From positions 28,532-92,531 of the IMG/VR virus record IMGVR_UViG_3300021962_000056: a DNA stretch of 64,000 nucleotides. One strand, 5' to 3'. This DNA comes from a virus. The stretch's first letter is position 1; each line of letters starts with the position of its first letter. A model generated the notes under the pieces. It was given only the letters and a program-made list of their open reading frames with translations, was not told where the DNA came from and did no database searches. Of this stretch, positions 28,829 through 38,084 are shown piece by piece. Both the position numbers and the translations under genes were made by a program.

Positions 28829-29254
28829 TCAAGCAGCTGGCAACTCTGAGGAAGAGGTATCAACACCTCCGACAGGAGTTTCCGCATTGACGAGCGGCGG
28901 CTCCACCTGCGGCAGCATCGGAGGCACGATCATCACCGGAGTCACCCACGGCAGCGGCGGAGCGATGATCGGAGGGTTGATCTGGTTCTCGATCTGCTGA
29001 GTGACGTTCGCTTCGATGGCGGTCTTGTCCACGCCATTGGCATAGCACCAGCCGAGAACCTGATCCTGCGTGAGCTGATCGTACGGCGTGAAGTTCTCAG
29101 TCGGCGGAGCGAACGACGCGCTGCCGTAGCAAGTGCCGCTGTACTGATCCTGCGAGCCGTTGCAACGCCAGTCGGCGGTGATGACGACATCGGTGAGCGA
29201 GCCTTCGGTCGGGCGGACAAGAAGGCGTTCGATGATCCAGTTGATGGTAATCAT
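28829..29254 (-). CDS. Fibre-associated protein (DUF7936-like)
   Basis: DVVITADWRC, FTPYDQLTQDQVLGW, PLPW; homologue at 63529. Confidence 0.8.
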   Translation of the reverse strand: MITINWIIERLLVRPTEGSLTDVVITADWRCNGSQDQYSGTCYGSASFAPPTENFTPYDQLTQDQVLGWCYANGVDKTAIEANVTQQIENQINPPIIAPPLPWVTPVMIVPPMLPQVEPPLVNAETPVGGVDTSSSELPAA

Positions 29255-29260
29255 GGGATA

Positions 29261-31039
29261 TTAGGCTTCCAGAGCGGCAACACGGGCGGTGAGTTCCTGA
29301 ATGGCTTTCACCAGCACAGGAATGAGGTCTTGGCGAACGGACTTGTAGGGAGTTTCGCCTTCGGGGGCGTTGTCCTTCCACTCGTCGATAAGGTTCGGGA
29401 ACACCTGCTCAAACTCCTGAGCGATGAAACCCCTGTCACCTTTGATGTTCTTACCCTTACCTTCCTTCCAATCGAACTTGCGAGGCTTGAGGGCGAGAAT
29501 CGCACCGAGGCCAACGTCGATGTCTTGGACGTTTTCCTTCAGTCGAGCATCGGAGATGGCCGAGATGGTCGTGTTAGTGGCGTAGACGGTTCCGCCCATT
29601 CCAACGTAGAAACGGTACGCAGCAGCACCGGATGAATAAGCGTGAAAAGTTGTAGCAACGTTGTTTGAAGAACTTTGTGTCGCAAACACTTCTCCGTTAG
29701 CCTTAAGTTCATGACCAACTGTTCCAAGTGAACCAGCCGTAGACTTCGCCACCAACAGATTCCCACTCGCATCCAGCGTCATCGCTTGGGTGAAGGCTAT
29801 TGTTCCAGTATTAGCGGCAGCGGTGTACCAAGCGTGCTGTCCTGTTGCGGACTGTTCGTAAAGAGTGGCTTCGTCGTTTACGATGTAAGTAAAGTTACCA
29901 GCCGCGCTTTCGTAGACATTACGTCCGATGCAGGTAGAACCAGCGCTTGCAGCGGACGAGAAGTAGGTTCCAACCGCGCCGATCTGCAACGCTCGCTGAG
30001 TATTGCGCCACGCACTCGGCGTAACCCCCACGCCCACGTTTTGCGAAGCATCAATCGTAAGCGCTTCCGTCAGATTCGTTCGGAAAACAATCGACGTCGA
30101 ATTGGGTGTGCCGATGACAAACTTAGTTCCATCGGTAAACAACTGACCCTGATAGGTGCCATTGATCGCAAATGTCTGCTGTGCAGTTCCAGCCGCAGGA
30201 CAATCAATTCGGAATTGTCCAATTGTTGAAACATTTGATCCATAAGCATACAGCTTCGAAGCCGGACTTCCCCCCACGCCCAGCCCCGTGCTGTTGAGGG
30301 TCATGGCGGTGCCAGCGAATCCGCCGACGTTCTGGAACGTAAATACCCCCGTGGAGTCGATTGCAAAGCGAGTAGAAGCAGCCGTTTCGTCACTAATGGT
30401 AAGCTGCCCAGACGAATTTGAATTTACGGCAAATCTTCGCCCAGATCCACCGCTTGAGTTTAATTGAAGCTGTGCGCTATTTCCGCTGGATGCTTGAATG
30501 AACACCATTCCGAATCCAGACGCACCTTCAACTTGAATTCGTCCGTTTGTAGATCCATTGACTTGAAGATCGTAACTCGGACTCGCCGTCCCAATACCAA
30601 CACCAGTAGTCGTAGTGGCAAGTCGATTCGTCCGCACCGTCAGATCGCCGGTGATGGTGGCGGAGGCGAGGGTGGCGGTGCCGTCCACATACAACGTATC
30701 AGTAGCCTTGTCGTATGTGAAATCTTTGTCGGTTGCTAGTACTCCGTTATCATTGAAGATAACTCGCTTGTTACCAGCTACGCCATTCGGAGCCGGCGGA
30801 GCGTACAGGAACTTCATCAACTGGTTGGTGATGATCGACTCGATGTCGCTCTCGGGCTGGCGAACGATCAGGTAGAACTCGTCCCACAGTTGTTGCGTGG
30901 TCAGGTTCGGGTTAAGCGGCGTTCCGACGTTTGCGTTGGCAAGCGCGGCGGCCATTGTTGACCGAACCTCGGACAACGAGTTGAGGTTCAGGACCTGCTG
31001 AGCATCCGACAGCAGGGTTTGAATTGCGGGGGTAGCCAT
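29261..31039 (-). CDS. Fibre protein with C-terminal intramolecular chaperone (peptidase S74)
   Basis: GIGT.SP repeats, SDARLKEN, GFIAQE, LVKAIQEL. Confidence 0.9.
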   Translation of the reverse strand: MATPAIQTLLSDAQQVLNLNSLSEVRSTMAAALANANVGTPLNPNLTTQQLWDEFYLIVRQPESDIESIITNQLMKFLYAPPAPNGVAGNKRVIFNDNGVLATDKDFTYDKATDTLYVDGTATLASATITGDLTVRTNRLATTTTGVGIGTASPSYDLQVNGSTNGRIQVEGASGFGMVFIQASSGNSAQLQLNSSGGSGRRFAVNSNSSGQLTISDETAASTRFAIDSTGVFTFQNVGGFAGTAMTLNSTGLGVGGSPASKLYAYGSNVSTIGQFRIDCPAAGTAQQTFAINGTYQGQLFTDGTKFVIGTPNSTSIVFRTNLTEALTIDASQNVGVGVTPSAWRNTQRALQIGAVGTYFSSAASAGSTCIGRNVYESAAGNFTYIVNDEATLYEQSATGQHAWYTAAANTGTIAFTQAMTLDASGNLLVAKSTAGSLGTVGHELKANGEVFATQSSSNNVATTFHAYSSGAAAYRFYVGMGGTVYATNTTISAISDARLKENVQDIDVGLGAILALKPRKFDWKEGKGKNIKGDRGFIAQEFEQVFPNLIDEWKDNAPEGETPYKSVRQDLIPVLVKAIQELTARVAALEA

Positions 31040-31042
31040 AGG

Positions 31043-31447
31043 TCAGACAAATTCAGCGAACGTGTAGGAGGGGGAGCCGGTGGCCGCAGCGACGCTGATT
31101 GCGCCGATGTATCCGTCCAGCATCAAAGGGTCAGAGTGCTTAGAACCAGGGTTGTGTGGCGCAAGCGCAATGTGGTAATCCAAGGTGCTAGCCCCGGTTC
31201 CGAACTTCACATACAACTCTTCGTTCTTCTGGTTCTGGAGCGTGAATTTCTTCCGCGCCGGGTTGGCAGCAGATGTAGCGGTTACAGTCCGCAGCCCACC
31301 CAGGCTGGTCGTGGTTAGAGGGGCACCTGGCGAAGCGGCCTGAATCTGCTGAAGCAGCGTGATGATCATCGTCTGCTGCAAGCCAGGCTCCATGCAGTCA
31401 AAGCAGCCACCGAGCGTGGCCAATTCTTGAGGCGTCAATGCAGGCAT
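31043..31447 (-). CDS. Putative minor virion protein
   Basis: Start MPALTP; helical N-terminus plus beta domain (ANPARKKFTLQN..LYVKFG). Confidence 0.6.
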   Translation of the reverse strand: MPALTPQELATLGGCFDCMEPGLQQTMIITLLQQIQAASPGAPLTTTSLGGLRTVTATSAANPARKKFTLQNQKNEELYVKFGTGASTLDYHIALAPHNPGSKHSDPLMLDGYIGAISVAAATGSPSYTFAEFV

Positions 31448-31448
31448 A

Positions 31449-31712
31449 TCAGGCTTCCTCCTCCATATCCATGGATTCACCCTCAGCAGTATCCTCTTCC
31501 ATGTCCTGCTTACCGGTCTCACCAAGCGTGATGCCGTCGAATCCGATGATCTCAACGGTGCCACGCGGCGTAACGCGCCAATCAACCATGGCGGTGCCGG
31601 AGTCGCCTTCGAGCTTCAGTTCTTTGGGCGGAGTAAACTCGACCGTTTCGACTTCAGATTCCATGCGGCCCATGCCGTCCATTTTTCGCTTCCGCATCAT
31701 TTGTCCGTACAT
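31449..31712 (-). CDS. Small acidic protein downstream of capsid
   Basis: Homologous to 60885-61175 (FT.P...DG motif). Confidence 0.65.
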   Translation of the reverse strand: MYGQMMRKRKMDGMGRMESEVETVEFTPPKELKLEGDSGTAMVDWRVTPRGTVEIIGFDGITLGETGKQDMEEDTAEGESMDMEEEA

Positions 31713-31779
31713 CGTAAAATCCTTTCCTTGGTGAGAGGCTGCCAGCATCCCGGACGCTCCGGGCGGCTGCCAGCACCTC

Positions 31780-31809
31780 AAAAGGGGACCCTCCCGAAGG
31801 AGAGTCCCC
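31780..31809 (-). terminator. Intrinsic terminator after capsid gene
   Basis: GGGGACTCTCC-TTCG-GGAGGGTCCCC-TTTT on the minus strand. Confidence 0.85.
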
Positions 31810-31822
31810 GTTGATTGATTGG

Positions 31823-33442
31823 TTAGATCGAGAACTCCAACGTAACGTTGGTGCAAGGCACAACCTCGGTGGTCGTACCGAACGCGCTGCTAGCCAGCTG
31901 GATGACGTTGCCAGAGACAACGCTCCAAGTACCAGCAGCGGAGCCGAACTCGGCATCCCAGACAGTCTGCAAGGCGACAACAAGAGCAGCCACGTTGGCG
32001 GCGTTGATAGCCGCGCTGGTGATGTAGTTGTCGTTGCACAGGATGCTCTCATTCGCGTTCAACACGAAGTTCGTTCCACCGGTGACCGGAGTCGCCGTGA
32101 ACTGAATCGTCGGATTGCAGACAGCGTTCGTGGAGTTGTAGTCCTGGGCAGGATCGCCCGGATCAGCAGCGCAGCCAGCGATAATCACAGGGCAGGCACC
32201 ATTGACCTTGTGGAAGATCGCTTCAAGCCATTCCGGATGCTCAGGCTTCACGGCCAACTGGAAGTCAGCGATGAACTTGCCCTTGTTTCCACGGCTGTTG
32301 TCGATCGGTCGGCCGGAGCAGTCCGCGCCCAAGTCGTTGGTCGCGAACTTCCAACGCCCACCGTAATCCCGAACCATGAACGGCATATTCGGGTTCACGG
32401 CCTCGGGGCGGAACGGCAACACACGCAGAGCGCGGGGGTTGTTGATGTAGCTGATCTGGTACTGAGCCCGATCGTAATCACCGTTGAATTCAGAACGGAT
32501 GCCTTCGCTCGCGGCGACGTTCTTGTACGGCAGGACCAAGGTGTAGTTGCCCGGGGTCGCCGTCGCGTTAAAACGCAGCGGGAATTGCAGCACCTTCACC
32601 ATGAAGTCGCCGACGAAGCCCATGAAACCGAACTTGTAGAACTCCTTGGCAGCGGGAGCGAACTCACCGAAGCGCCAGGAGTCAGTCAGCTGGCTGTTGG
32701 ACTTGGCGAGGTAACGGAAGGTTTCCTTGTCGGTGTGCAGCTGGAGGCTGTCGTAACCTTCCTTACCGGCCTGGATAGCACCCAGGAAGTACTGGCGGGT
32801 CACGCGACTGCGGAGAATGTCCGGAGTCAACAAGCCCAAGCTAGCAGCCGTAACAGGCGCGCTGGCGCTGTCGAGAACGCGCAGGGTGGTGTAACCAGCG
32901 CCAACCCAGGAGAACGAAATCGCCGGGAGACCCGCCTTACAAGCAAAAGCGCCGCCGCTGATGCCGGTAGGGGTGTAACCAGACAATTCCATCGCCTTGC
33001 GCTGGAGGTAGTAGGTGGTGATCCAGTTCGTCGCAGGGCGAAGAACGTCGTCGATGATCTGACGGAAGTGCTCCTTGGCCTTCGTCTTCGTCATGATCTG
33101 GTCGAAGCACAGAATGTCCGAGCCCCACGCCTGCTTTTCAAGCGAGTAGGTGCTGCGGGTGTAGCCCCAACCGATCTTGTTTTCGGACGGGTCGCACGGC
33201 TGACCAACGCAACTGTCGCCAGTCGAGTTTTCCCAGGCGCCAGTCACGTTCGGGAACACGCTGTTGAAGCGGTCGAAACGATGGGTGGTGCCGGAGTACG
33301 CGTCGAACGATCCGGTGTTGTAGTATCCGATCAATCCGTCAAACGGACGGACATCTTTGAGAACTTCCTTGTCATACACAGGTTCCTGCGAGACGAGGAA
33401 GGAAGCGAACTGCTTACAGCTGATTACATTTCCACTGGCCAT
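31823..33442 (-). CDS. Major capsid protein (phage A)
   Basis: 539 aa, own promoter and terminator, strong codon bias, aligned by eye with 59416-60666; no other capsid candidate in A. Confidence 0.7.
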   Translation of the reverse strand: MASGNVISCKQFASFLVSQEPVYDKEVLKDVRPFDGLIGYYNTGSFDAYSGTTHRFDRFNSVFPNVTGAWENSTGDSCVGQPCDPSENKIGWGYTRSTYSLEKQAWGSDILCFDQIMTKTKAKEHFRQIIDDVLRPATNWITTYYLQRKAMELSGYTPTGISGGAFACKAGLPAISFSWVGAGYTTLRVLDSASAPVTAASLGLLTPDILRSRVTRQYFLGAIQAGKEGYDSLQLHTDKETFRYLAKSNSQLTDSWRFGEFAPAAKEFYKFGFMGFVGDFMVKVLQFPLRFNATATPGNYTLVLPYKNVAASEGIRSEFNGDYDRAQYQISYINNPRALRVLPFRPEAVNPNMPFMVRDYGGRWKFATNDLGADCSGRPIDNSRGNKGKFIADFQLAVKPEHPEWLEAIFHKVNGACPVIIAGCAADPGDPAQDYNSTNAVCNPTIQFTATPVTGGTNFVLNANESILCNDNYITSAAINAANVAALVVALQTVWDAEFGSAAGTWSVVSGNVIQLASSAFGTTTEVVPCTNVTLEFSI

Positions 33443-33640
33443 ATTGGCTCTCCTGCCCCGGGGGTTTTCTTCACCTACCCCTCCGAGACAACGAGGCAGA
33501 TTGCAGGTCTGTTAAGACCATCAATCCAACCTCGGTGGCGAGCCCGAGCCGTGGAACCGGCGAACGCCCTTCGGCGCTCTTTGCCAACTGGAATAACGCG
33601 CCCAGTTCGCGCTTGGTTGACGAAACCAAGCTATGCGTCG
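33443..33640 (-). ncRNA. Structured ~200-nt leader of capsid gene (candidate cis-regulatory RNA)
   Basis: At least five hairpins, e.g. 33611-33631 and 33492-33534; TTGACA on the minus strand at 33671-33676. Confidence 0.5.
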
Positions 33641-33653
33641 TGGCGGAATGCTG

Positions 33654-33845
33654 CTAGCGCGCCTTCCGAGTGTCAACGGGTTTCTTGATCACCTCTGGAA
33701 GATCGTCTTCGCCCCGCAGGACATGATCCTCAATCGCAATGATCAACACCGCCGTCTTCGTGCGCCGGGATCGAATTGCCTCATCTTCCAGCATCTGGGC
33801 GACCTCAATCGGCAGCCGGTAACTCACTCGAATTGTGTTACTCAT
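33654..33845 (-). CDS. Ribbon-helix-helix (CopG/Arc-like) regulator
   Basis: IRVSYRLP.EV.QMLE.EA....RTKTAVL..AI. Confidence 0.8.
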   Translation of the reverse strand: MSNTIRVSYRLPIEVAQMLEDEAIRSRRTKTAVLIIAIEDHVLRGEDDLPEVIKKPVDTRKAR

Positions 33846-33907
33846 GCCGGCGAGTGTGCAGCTTGTGCTTGACACGTCAAGCCGCAGAACGCAGCCTACG
33901 GCTCACG
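33846..33907. promoter_or_regulatory. Divergent promoters sharing the near-palindrome TTGACACGTCAA
   Basis: Plus strand TTGACA-N17-CAGCCT-N10-ATG; minus strand TTGACG-N16-CACACT-N7-ATG. Confidence 0.6.
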
Positions 33908-35272
33908 ATGGAACTCCGCCCCTACCAAAACCAGCTTGCTCAGGACATCCGTTCTGCATTCGGGTCCGGCGCCAAGCGGCCGCTGGCGGTCAGCCCCACT
34001 GGATCCGGCAAGACGGTTCTCTTCAGCTACATCACCAGCCAGGTCCTCAAACGCGGATCCCGGGTGATCATCGTGGCGCATCGGAAGGAAATCCTTGAGC
34101 AGATCAGCGCGACTTTGAAACGCGTCAACGTGCCGCACGGATTTATCCAGTCTGGTAAATTCATGGCTCAACAATCTGCCATGGTCGCCTCGATTCAGAC
34201 CCTTGCGCGCCGGCTGGATACGGTCACTCCTCCAGACCTCGTTATCATCGACGAAGCGCATCACTCGGTCTCCAAGTCCTACGTCCAGATGTTCGCCGCA
34301 TGGCCGAAAGCCAAGTTCATCGGCGTCACGGCCACCCCTGAACGACTCGATGGCAAGGGCCTCGGCGTCATGTTCGACCGCATGGTCATGGGGCCGTCGG
34401 TCCAGTGGCTCATCGACAACGGATTCCTGGCCAAGCCGGTCTACTACGCACCTCGCGAAGCTGTGGATCTCAGCCAAGTCCACACGATCGCCGGCGACTT
34501 CGACCGCTCCGAGGCCGAGGAAGTCGTGAACACGCCGCGCATCACTGGCGATGCCGTCACCCATTACGTCCGGTTCTGCAATCGGCAGCGCGCAGTGGCG
34601 TTCTGCATCTCAGTGGCGCACGCGCAGCAGGTCGCCGATACGTTCAACTCCTGCGGGATTCCGGCTGCTAGCATCGACGGAACACTGGAACCCGAGGTTC
34701 GCAAGCAGCGCGTCGATGATCTCACAGCTGGTAAGATTCTTGTCCTGACCTCCTGCGAACTGATCTCCGAGGGCTTCGATCTGCCGACAGTCAACGCGGC
34801 GATTCTTCTCCGGCCTACGCAGTCGCTGTCAATGCACCTGCAACAGGTCGGGCGCGCTCTTCGGCCGTACCCAGGCAAGACCCACGCGGTCATCCTTGAT
34901 CACGTCGGGAACTGCCTGCGCCATGGGCTGGCTGAGCAGGAACGCGAGTGGGACCTCGAAGGCCGCGAGAAGCGCAAGGCCAAGTCACGCCCCGTTGAAA
35001 CCAAGCAGTGCTCGAAGTGCTTCGCGATCTTCGCCGGAACCGCCTGCCCGCAGTGCGGATCCGCACGGGAGATCGCCCCTCGGGAGATCGAAGAAGTCGA
35101 TGGCGAACTCCAGCGACTGTCCATCGAGGACATCCAAAAGAAACGAGATGAACGCCGCGAAGAAGGAAAGTGCAAAACCTTGGACGATTTTCGTTCCCTC
35201 GCCGCAAAACGTGGCTACAAACCGGGATGGGCTTACTTCCGCTGGAAGGCCCGCCAACGTACATCTCTATGA
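33908..35272 (+). CDS. SF2 DEAH-box helicase with C-terminal Zn ribbon
   Basis: LRPYQ, PTGSGKT, DEAHH, TATP, QQVGRALR, CxxC pairs. Confidence 0.95.
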   Translation: MELRPYQNQLAQDIRSAFGSGAKRPLAVSPTGSGKTVLFSYITSQVLKRGSRVIIVAHRKEILEQISATLKRVNVPHGFIQSGKFMAQQSAMVASIQTLARRLDTVTPPDLVIIDEAHHSVSKSYVQMFAAWPKAKFIGVTATPERLDGKGLGVMFDRMVMGPSVQWLIDNGFLAKPVYYAPREAVDLSQVHTIAGDFDRSEAEEVVNTPRITGDAVTHYVRFCNRQRAVAFCISVAHAQQVADTFNSCGIPAASIDGTLEPEVRKQRVDDLTAGKILVLTSCELISEGFDLPTVNAAILLRPTQSLSMHLQQVGRALRPYPGKTHAVILDHVGNCLRHGLAEQEREWDLEGREKRKAKSRPVETKQCSKCFAIFAGTACPQCGSAREIAPREIEEVDGELQRLSIEDIQKKRDERREEGKCKTLDDFRSLAAKRGYKPGWAYFRWKARQRTSL

Positions 35273-35640
35273 CCGAATCCGAACTCCAAGCCCTGATCCT
35301 CCGCGCAGCTGGATCGAAATCCCACGTCCGCGTCTTCCGCAACCAAGTCGGGGAGGGCTACGTCGGCAAGGCTCTCCGCGATCCTGAAGGCGTCTTCCTG
35401 CACGACGCCCGCCACGTTCGCATGGGATTATTCCCGGGCTCTGGTGACCTGATCGGCTGGCGCACGGTTACAGTCACACCCGACATGGTCGGTAAACCCA
35501 TCGCCCAGTTCCTCTCCATCGAAGTCAAAACACCCACCGGCAAGGTCCGGCCCGATCAATCCAACTGGCTTGAGCAGGTCAACCTTTCCGGCGGTCACGC
35601 CATCATTGCACGATCCGTTAGCGATACAGACAACCTATGA
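35269..35640 (+). CDS. VRR-NUC-like nuclease
   Basis: FRNQVG, GSGDLIG, IEVKTPTG...Q..W. Confidence 0.85.
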   Translation: MTESELQALILRAAGSKSHVRVFRNQVGEGYVGKALRDPEGVFLHDARHVRMGLFPGSGDLIGWRTVTVTPDMVGKPIAQFLSIEVKTPTGKVRPDQSNWLEQVNLSGGHAIIARSVSDTDNL

Positions 35641-35819
35641 GCGACACAGCAACTACAACACAAGCCCTCCTGCAAACAGCACCAGAAAACCTCTCAGCCG
35701 AAGCCAAGTACCGTTTCTATGAACGCCTCGGCATCCTGTGCGGCAACGCGGTAGCAACCCCTGAGCAACTCCGGATCGCGCAGCTGGAAGCGGTCGAGTA
35801 CGATATGAACCACGACTAA
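35637..35819 (+). CDS. Hypothetical protein
   Basis: ATGA-coupled; ERLGI motif. Confidence 0.55.
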   Translation: MSDTATTTQALLQTAPENLSAEAKYRFYERLGILCGNAVATPEQLRIAQLEAVEYDMNHD

Positions 35820-35837
35820 CCACCCCTCACTACAAGC

Positions 35838-38051
35838 ATGACCCTCACCGAACTCTCGGACGCACTCTCCGTCCGTGTCGCAGAACTCTGCGCTCAACTC
35901 CTCCCTGCCGGCCGTCAGGTCGGCAACCAGTGGATCGTCGGCAACGTCTTCGGCGACGCTGGCGACTCCTGTTACGTCGAACTCGCTGGCCCCAAGCAGG
36001 GCCTGTGGTACGACCACGCCGCTGGTCAGGGCGGCGATCTCCTCGAACTTATCGGTCAGCACCACGTCTACCCCAAGGCCCGTGCTGCCCAGTGGGCACG
36101 CGAATTCCTCGGTATCCGCGACGATTACCAGCCTGAACCCCGCCGATTCGATCCCCTCAAACACGGCCACCGCAACGACGCCTCCCAGCCGTACCGCTAC
36201 GGCTCCGCTGCCTGGCCTTATCCCGACGCCGACGGCACCATCCAGGCCTACGTCGTCCGCTTCGACCTCCCTGACGGCTCCAAGGACGTCCGCCCCCTCC
36301 GGTTCCTGCCGCCCGATAACGTCCCACCCGACCTCCTCAACCCACGCCACTGGCGCTGGAAGGGCTGGGTCGCTCCCGAGGAGGTCCCCCTCTTCAACCT
36401 CCACCTCCTCGCCCGGCGCCCGAACGACCCCGTCCTCATCGTTGAGGGCGAGAAAACCGCCGTCGCAGCATCCAAGCTCTTCCCGTCCCACGTCGTCCTC
36501 ACCTGGCAGGGCGGTTCCAAGCGGGTCGCCCGTGCTGCTATCGACCCTCTCCTGACCCGCGCCACCCCGATCGTCCTGTGGCCCGACGCCGACAAACCCG
36601 GCCGCGACGCCATGGTCTACCTGAAAGCCCGCCTGCCCGCCGCCCGCCTCGTATCACTCCCCGATTTCCTCCCCGAGGGCTGGGACCTCGCTGATCCAAT
36701 CCCACCTGACGTATCCATCCAGGGCCTCCTCGACGCCGCTGGCGATCCACCACGCCCGGTTCCCGCTGAGCCGCAGGCTGCGTCACCTAATCCGCTTGAC
36801 GACCTCCACTACGACCCTAATTCCGGCCAGTGGTGGACCCGCAACGCCTGGGGCGATTACGCCCAGATCAACGGCGAGCGCGTCCGCACGTTCCTCACTG
36901 AGTCCGGCGTCTCCCACGTCAAAGACCAGACCGGATCCTCTGACGTCGATCGTGAACTCCTCCGGCGCACCCGCGATACCCTGATCGAATACGCCGGCCC
37001 ACTCGCCGGCCACCGCGCTGGCCTGTACGGCACGATCCTCGTCACGCGCTCCGTCGTACCGCTCGCTGGCGTCCCCGGCTTCTGCGGCCGTCTCCAGACC
37101 TACCTCCACAACCTCCTCGACCAGAACGACGACCAGTACTGGCGCCTCATCTACTGGCTTGCGCTCCGTCGGCAGGCCGTCCTGACAGGCATCTGGCGAT
37201 CCAGTCAGGCACTCGCGCTGGTCGGCCCCGCTGCGTGCGGCAAGTCCTTCGTGCAGTCCGCCATCATCACGCGCCTGCTCGGCGGCCGCATCGCCAAGCC
37301 CTACCGCTACATGAGTGGCGCCACGGACTTCAACGGCGACCTCTTCACCTCCGAGCACCTCTGTATCGAAGACGAAGCCCCTGGCCGCGACATCCACTCC
37401 CGGCGCACGCTCGGCTCGAACATCAAATCCATGCTGTTCGCCCAGAACCAGTCCTGCCACCCCAAGAACCGCCAAGCCATCACCCTCAAGCCCATCTGGG
37501 CTATGTCCATCTCCCTCAACGACGAACCCGAGAACCTCCAGGTCCTCCCGCCCCTCGACCCGTCCCTCATGGACAAACTCATTATCCTCCGCTGCGTCCG
37601 CCAGACCCTCCCGTGGCCCGGCCCCGAAATCGAAGTCCTCAAGGACATCCTCGAAACCGAACTCGCCGCCTTCGCCCACTACCTCGACGGCCTCACCGTC
37701 CCTGAGCACCTCGTCGAACCCCGCTGCGGCCTCAAGGCCTACCAGCACCCAGCCATCCTCGAAGAACTCATGCAGCTGTCACCGGAGCACCAACTCATCG
37801 GCCTCATCGACACCGTGATCTTCGAGAACGAATTCCTCACCTGGAGAGGAACGGCCGCCGACCTCGAAACCCTCCTCCGTGACTCCAAGTATTCCAGGGA
37901 GGCCGACCGGCTCTTCCGGTTCAACACCGCCTGCGGAGTCTACCTCGCTCGGCTGCATGAGCAGGATCCGGAGCGCATCAAGAAGACCAAGGCAGGCGGT
38001 AAGGTGAAGTGGGCCATCTCACCGCCACAGAAAACGGAGACGTGGAGTTGA
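35838..38051 (+). CDS. Primase-helicase (TOPRIM plus P-loop NTPase)
   Basis: VLIVEGEK, LWPDADKPG, GWDLAD, GPAACGKS, FNGDL...IEDE. Confidence 0.9.
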   Translation: MTLTELSDALSVRVAELCAQLLPAGRQVGNQWIVGNVFGDAGDSCYVELAGPKQGLWYDHAAGQGGDLLELIGQHHVYPKARAAQWAREFLGIRDDYQPEPRRFDPLKHGHRNDASQPYRYGSAAWPYPDADGTIQAYVVRFDLPDGSKDVRPLRFLPPDNVPPDLLNPRHWRWKGWVAPEEVPLFNLHLLARRPNDPVLIVEGEKTAVAASKLFPSHVVLTWQGGSKRVARAAIDPLLTRATPIVLWPDADKPGRDAMVYLKARLPAARLVSLPDFLPEGWDLADPIPPDVSIQGLLDAAGDPPRPVPAEPQAASPNPLDDLHYDPNSGQWWTRNAWGDYAQINGERVRTFLTESGVSHVKDQTGSSDVDRELLRRTRDTLIEYAGPLAGHRAGLYGTILVTRSVVPLAGVPGFCGRLQTYLHNLLDQNDDQYWRLIYWLALRRQAVLTGIWRSSQALALVGPAACGKSFVQSAIITRLLGGRIAKPYRYMSGATDFNGDLFTSEHLCIEDEAPGRDIHSRRTLGSNIKSMLFAQNQSCHPKNRQAITLKPIWAMSISLNDEPENLQVLPPLDPSLMDKLIILRCVRQTLPWPGPEIEVLKDILETELAAFAHYLDGLTVPEHLVEPRCGLKAYQHPAILEELMQLSPEHQLIGLIDTVIFENEFLTWRGTAADLETLLRDSKYSREADRLFRFNTACGVYLARLHEQDPERIKKTKAGGKVKWAISPPQKTETWS

Positions 38052-38084
38052 CACCATCGCATAAACGCGTCATCGTGCGATCGC

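Noticed and set aside
31811-33688. 625-aa plus-strand ORF (also 59374-60606 minus and 36783-37748 minus)
   Set aside because: Antisense shadows of strongly codon-biased genes; no motifs or RBS.
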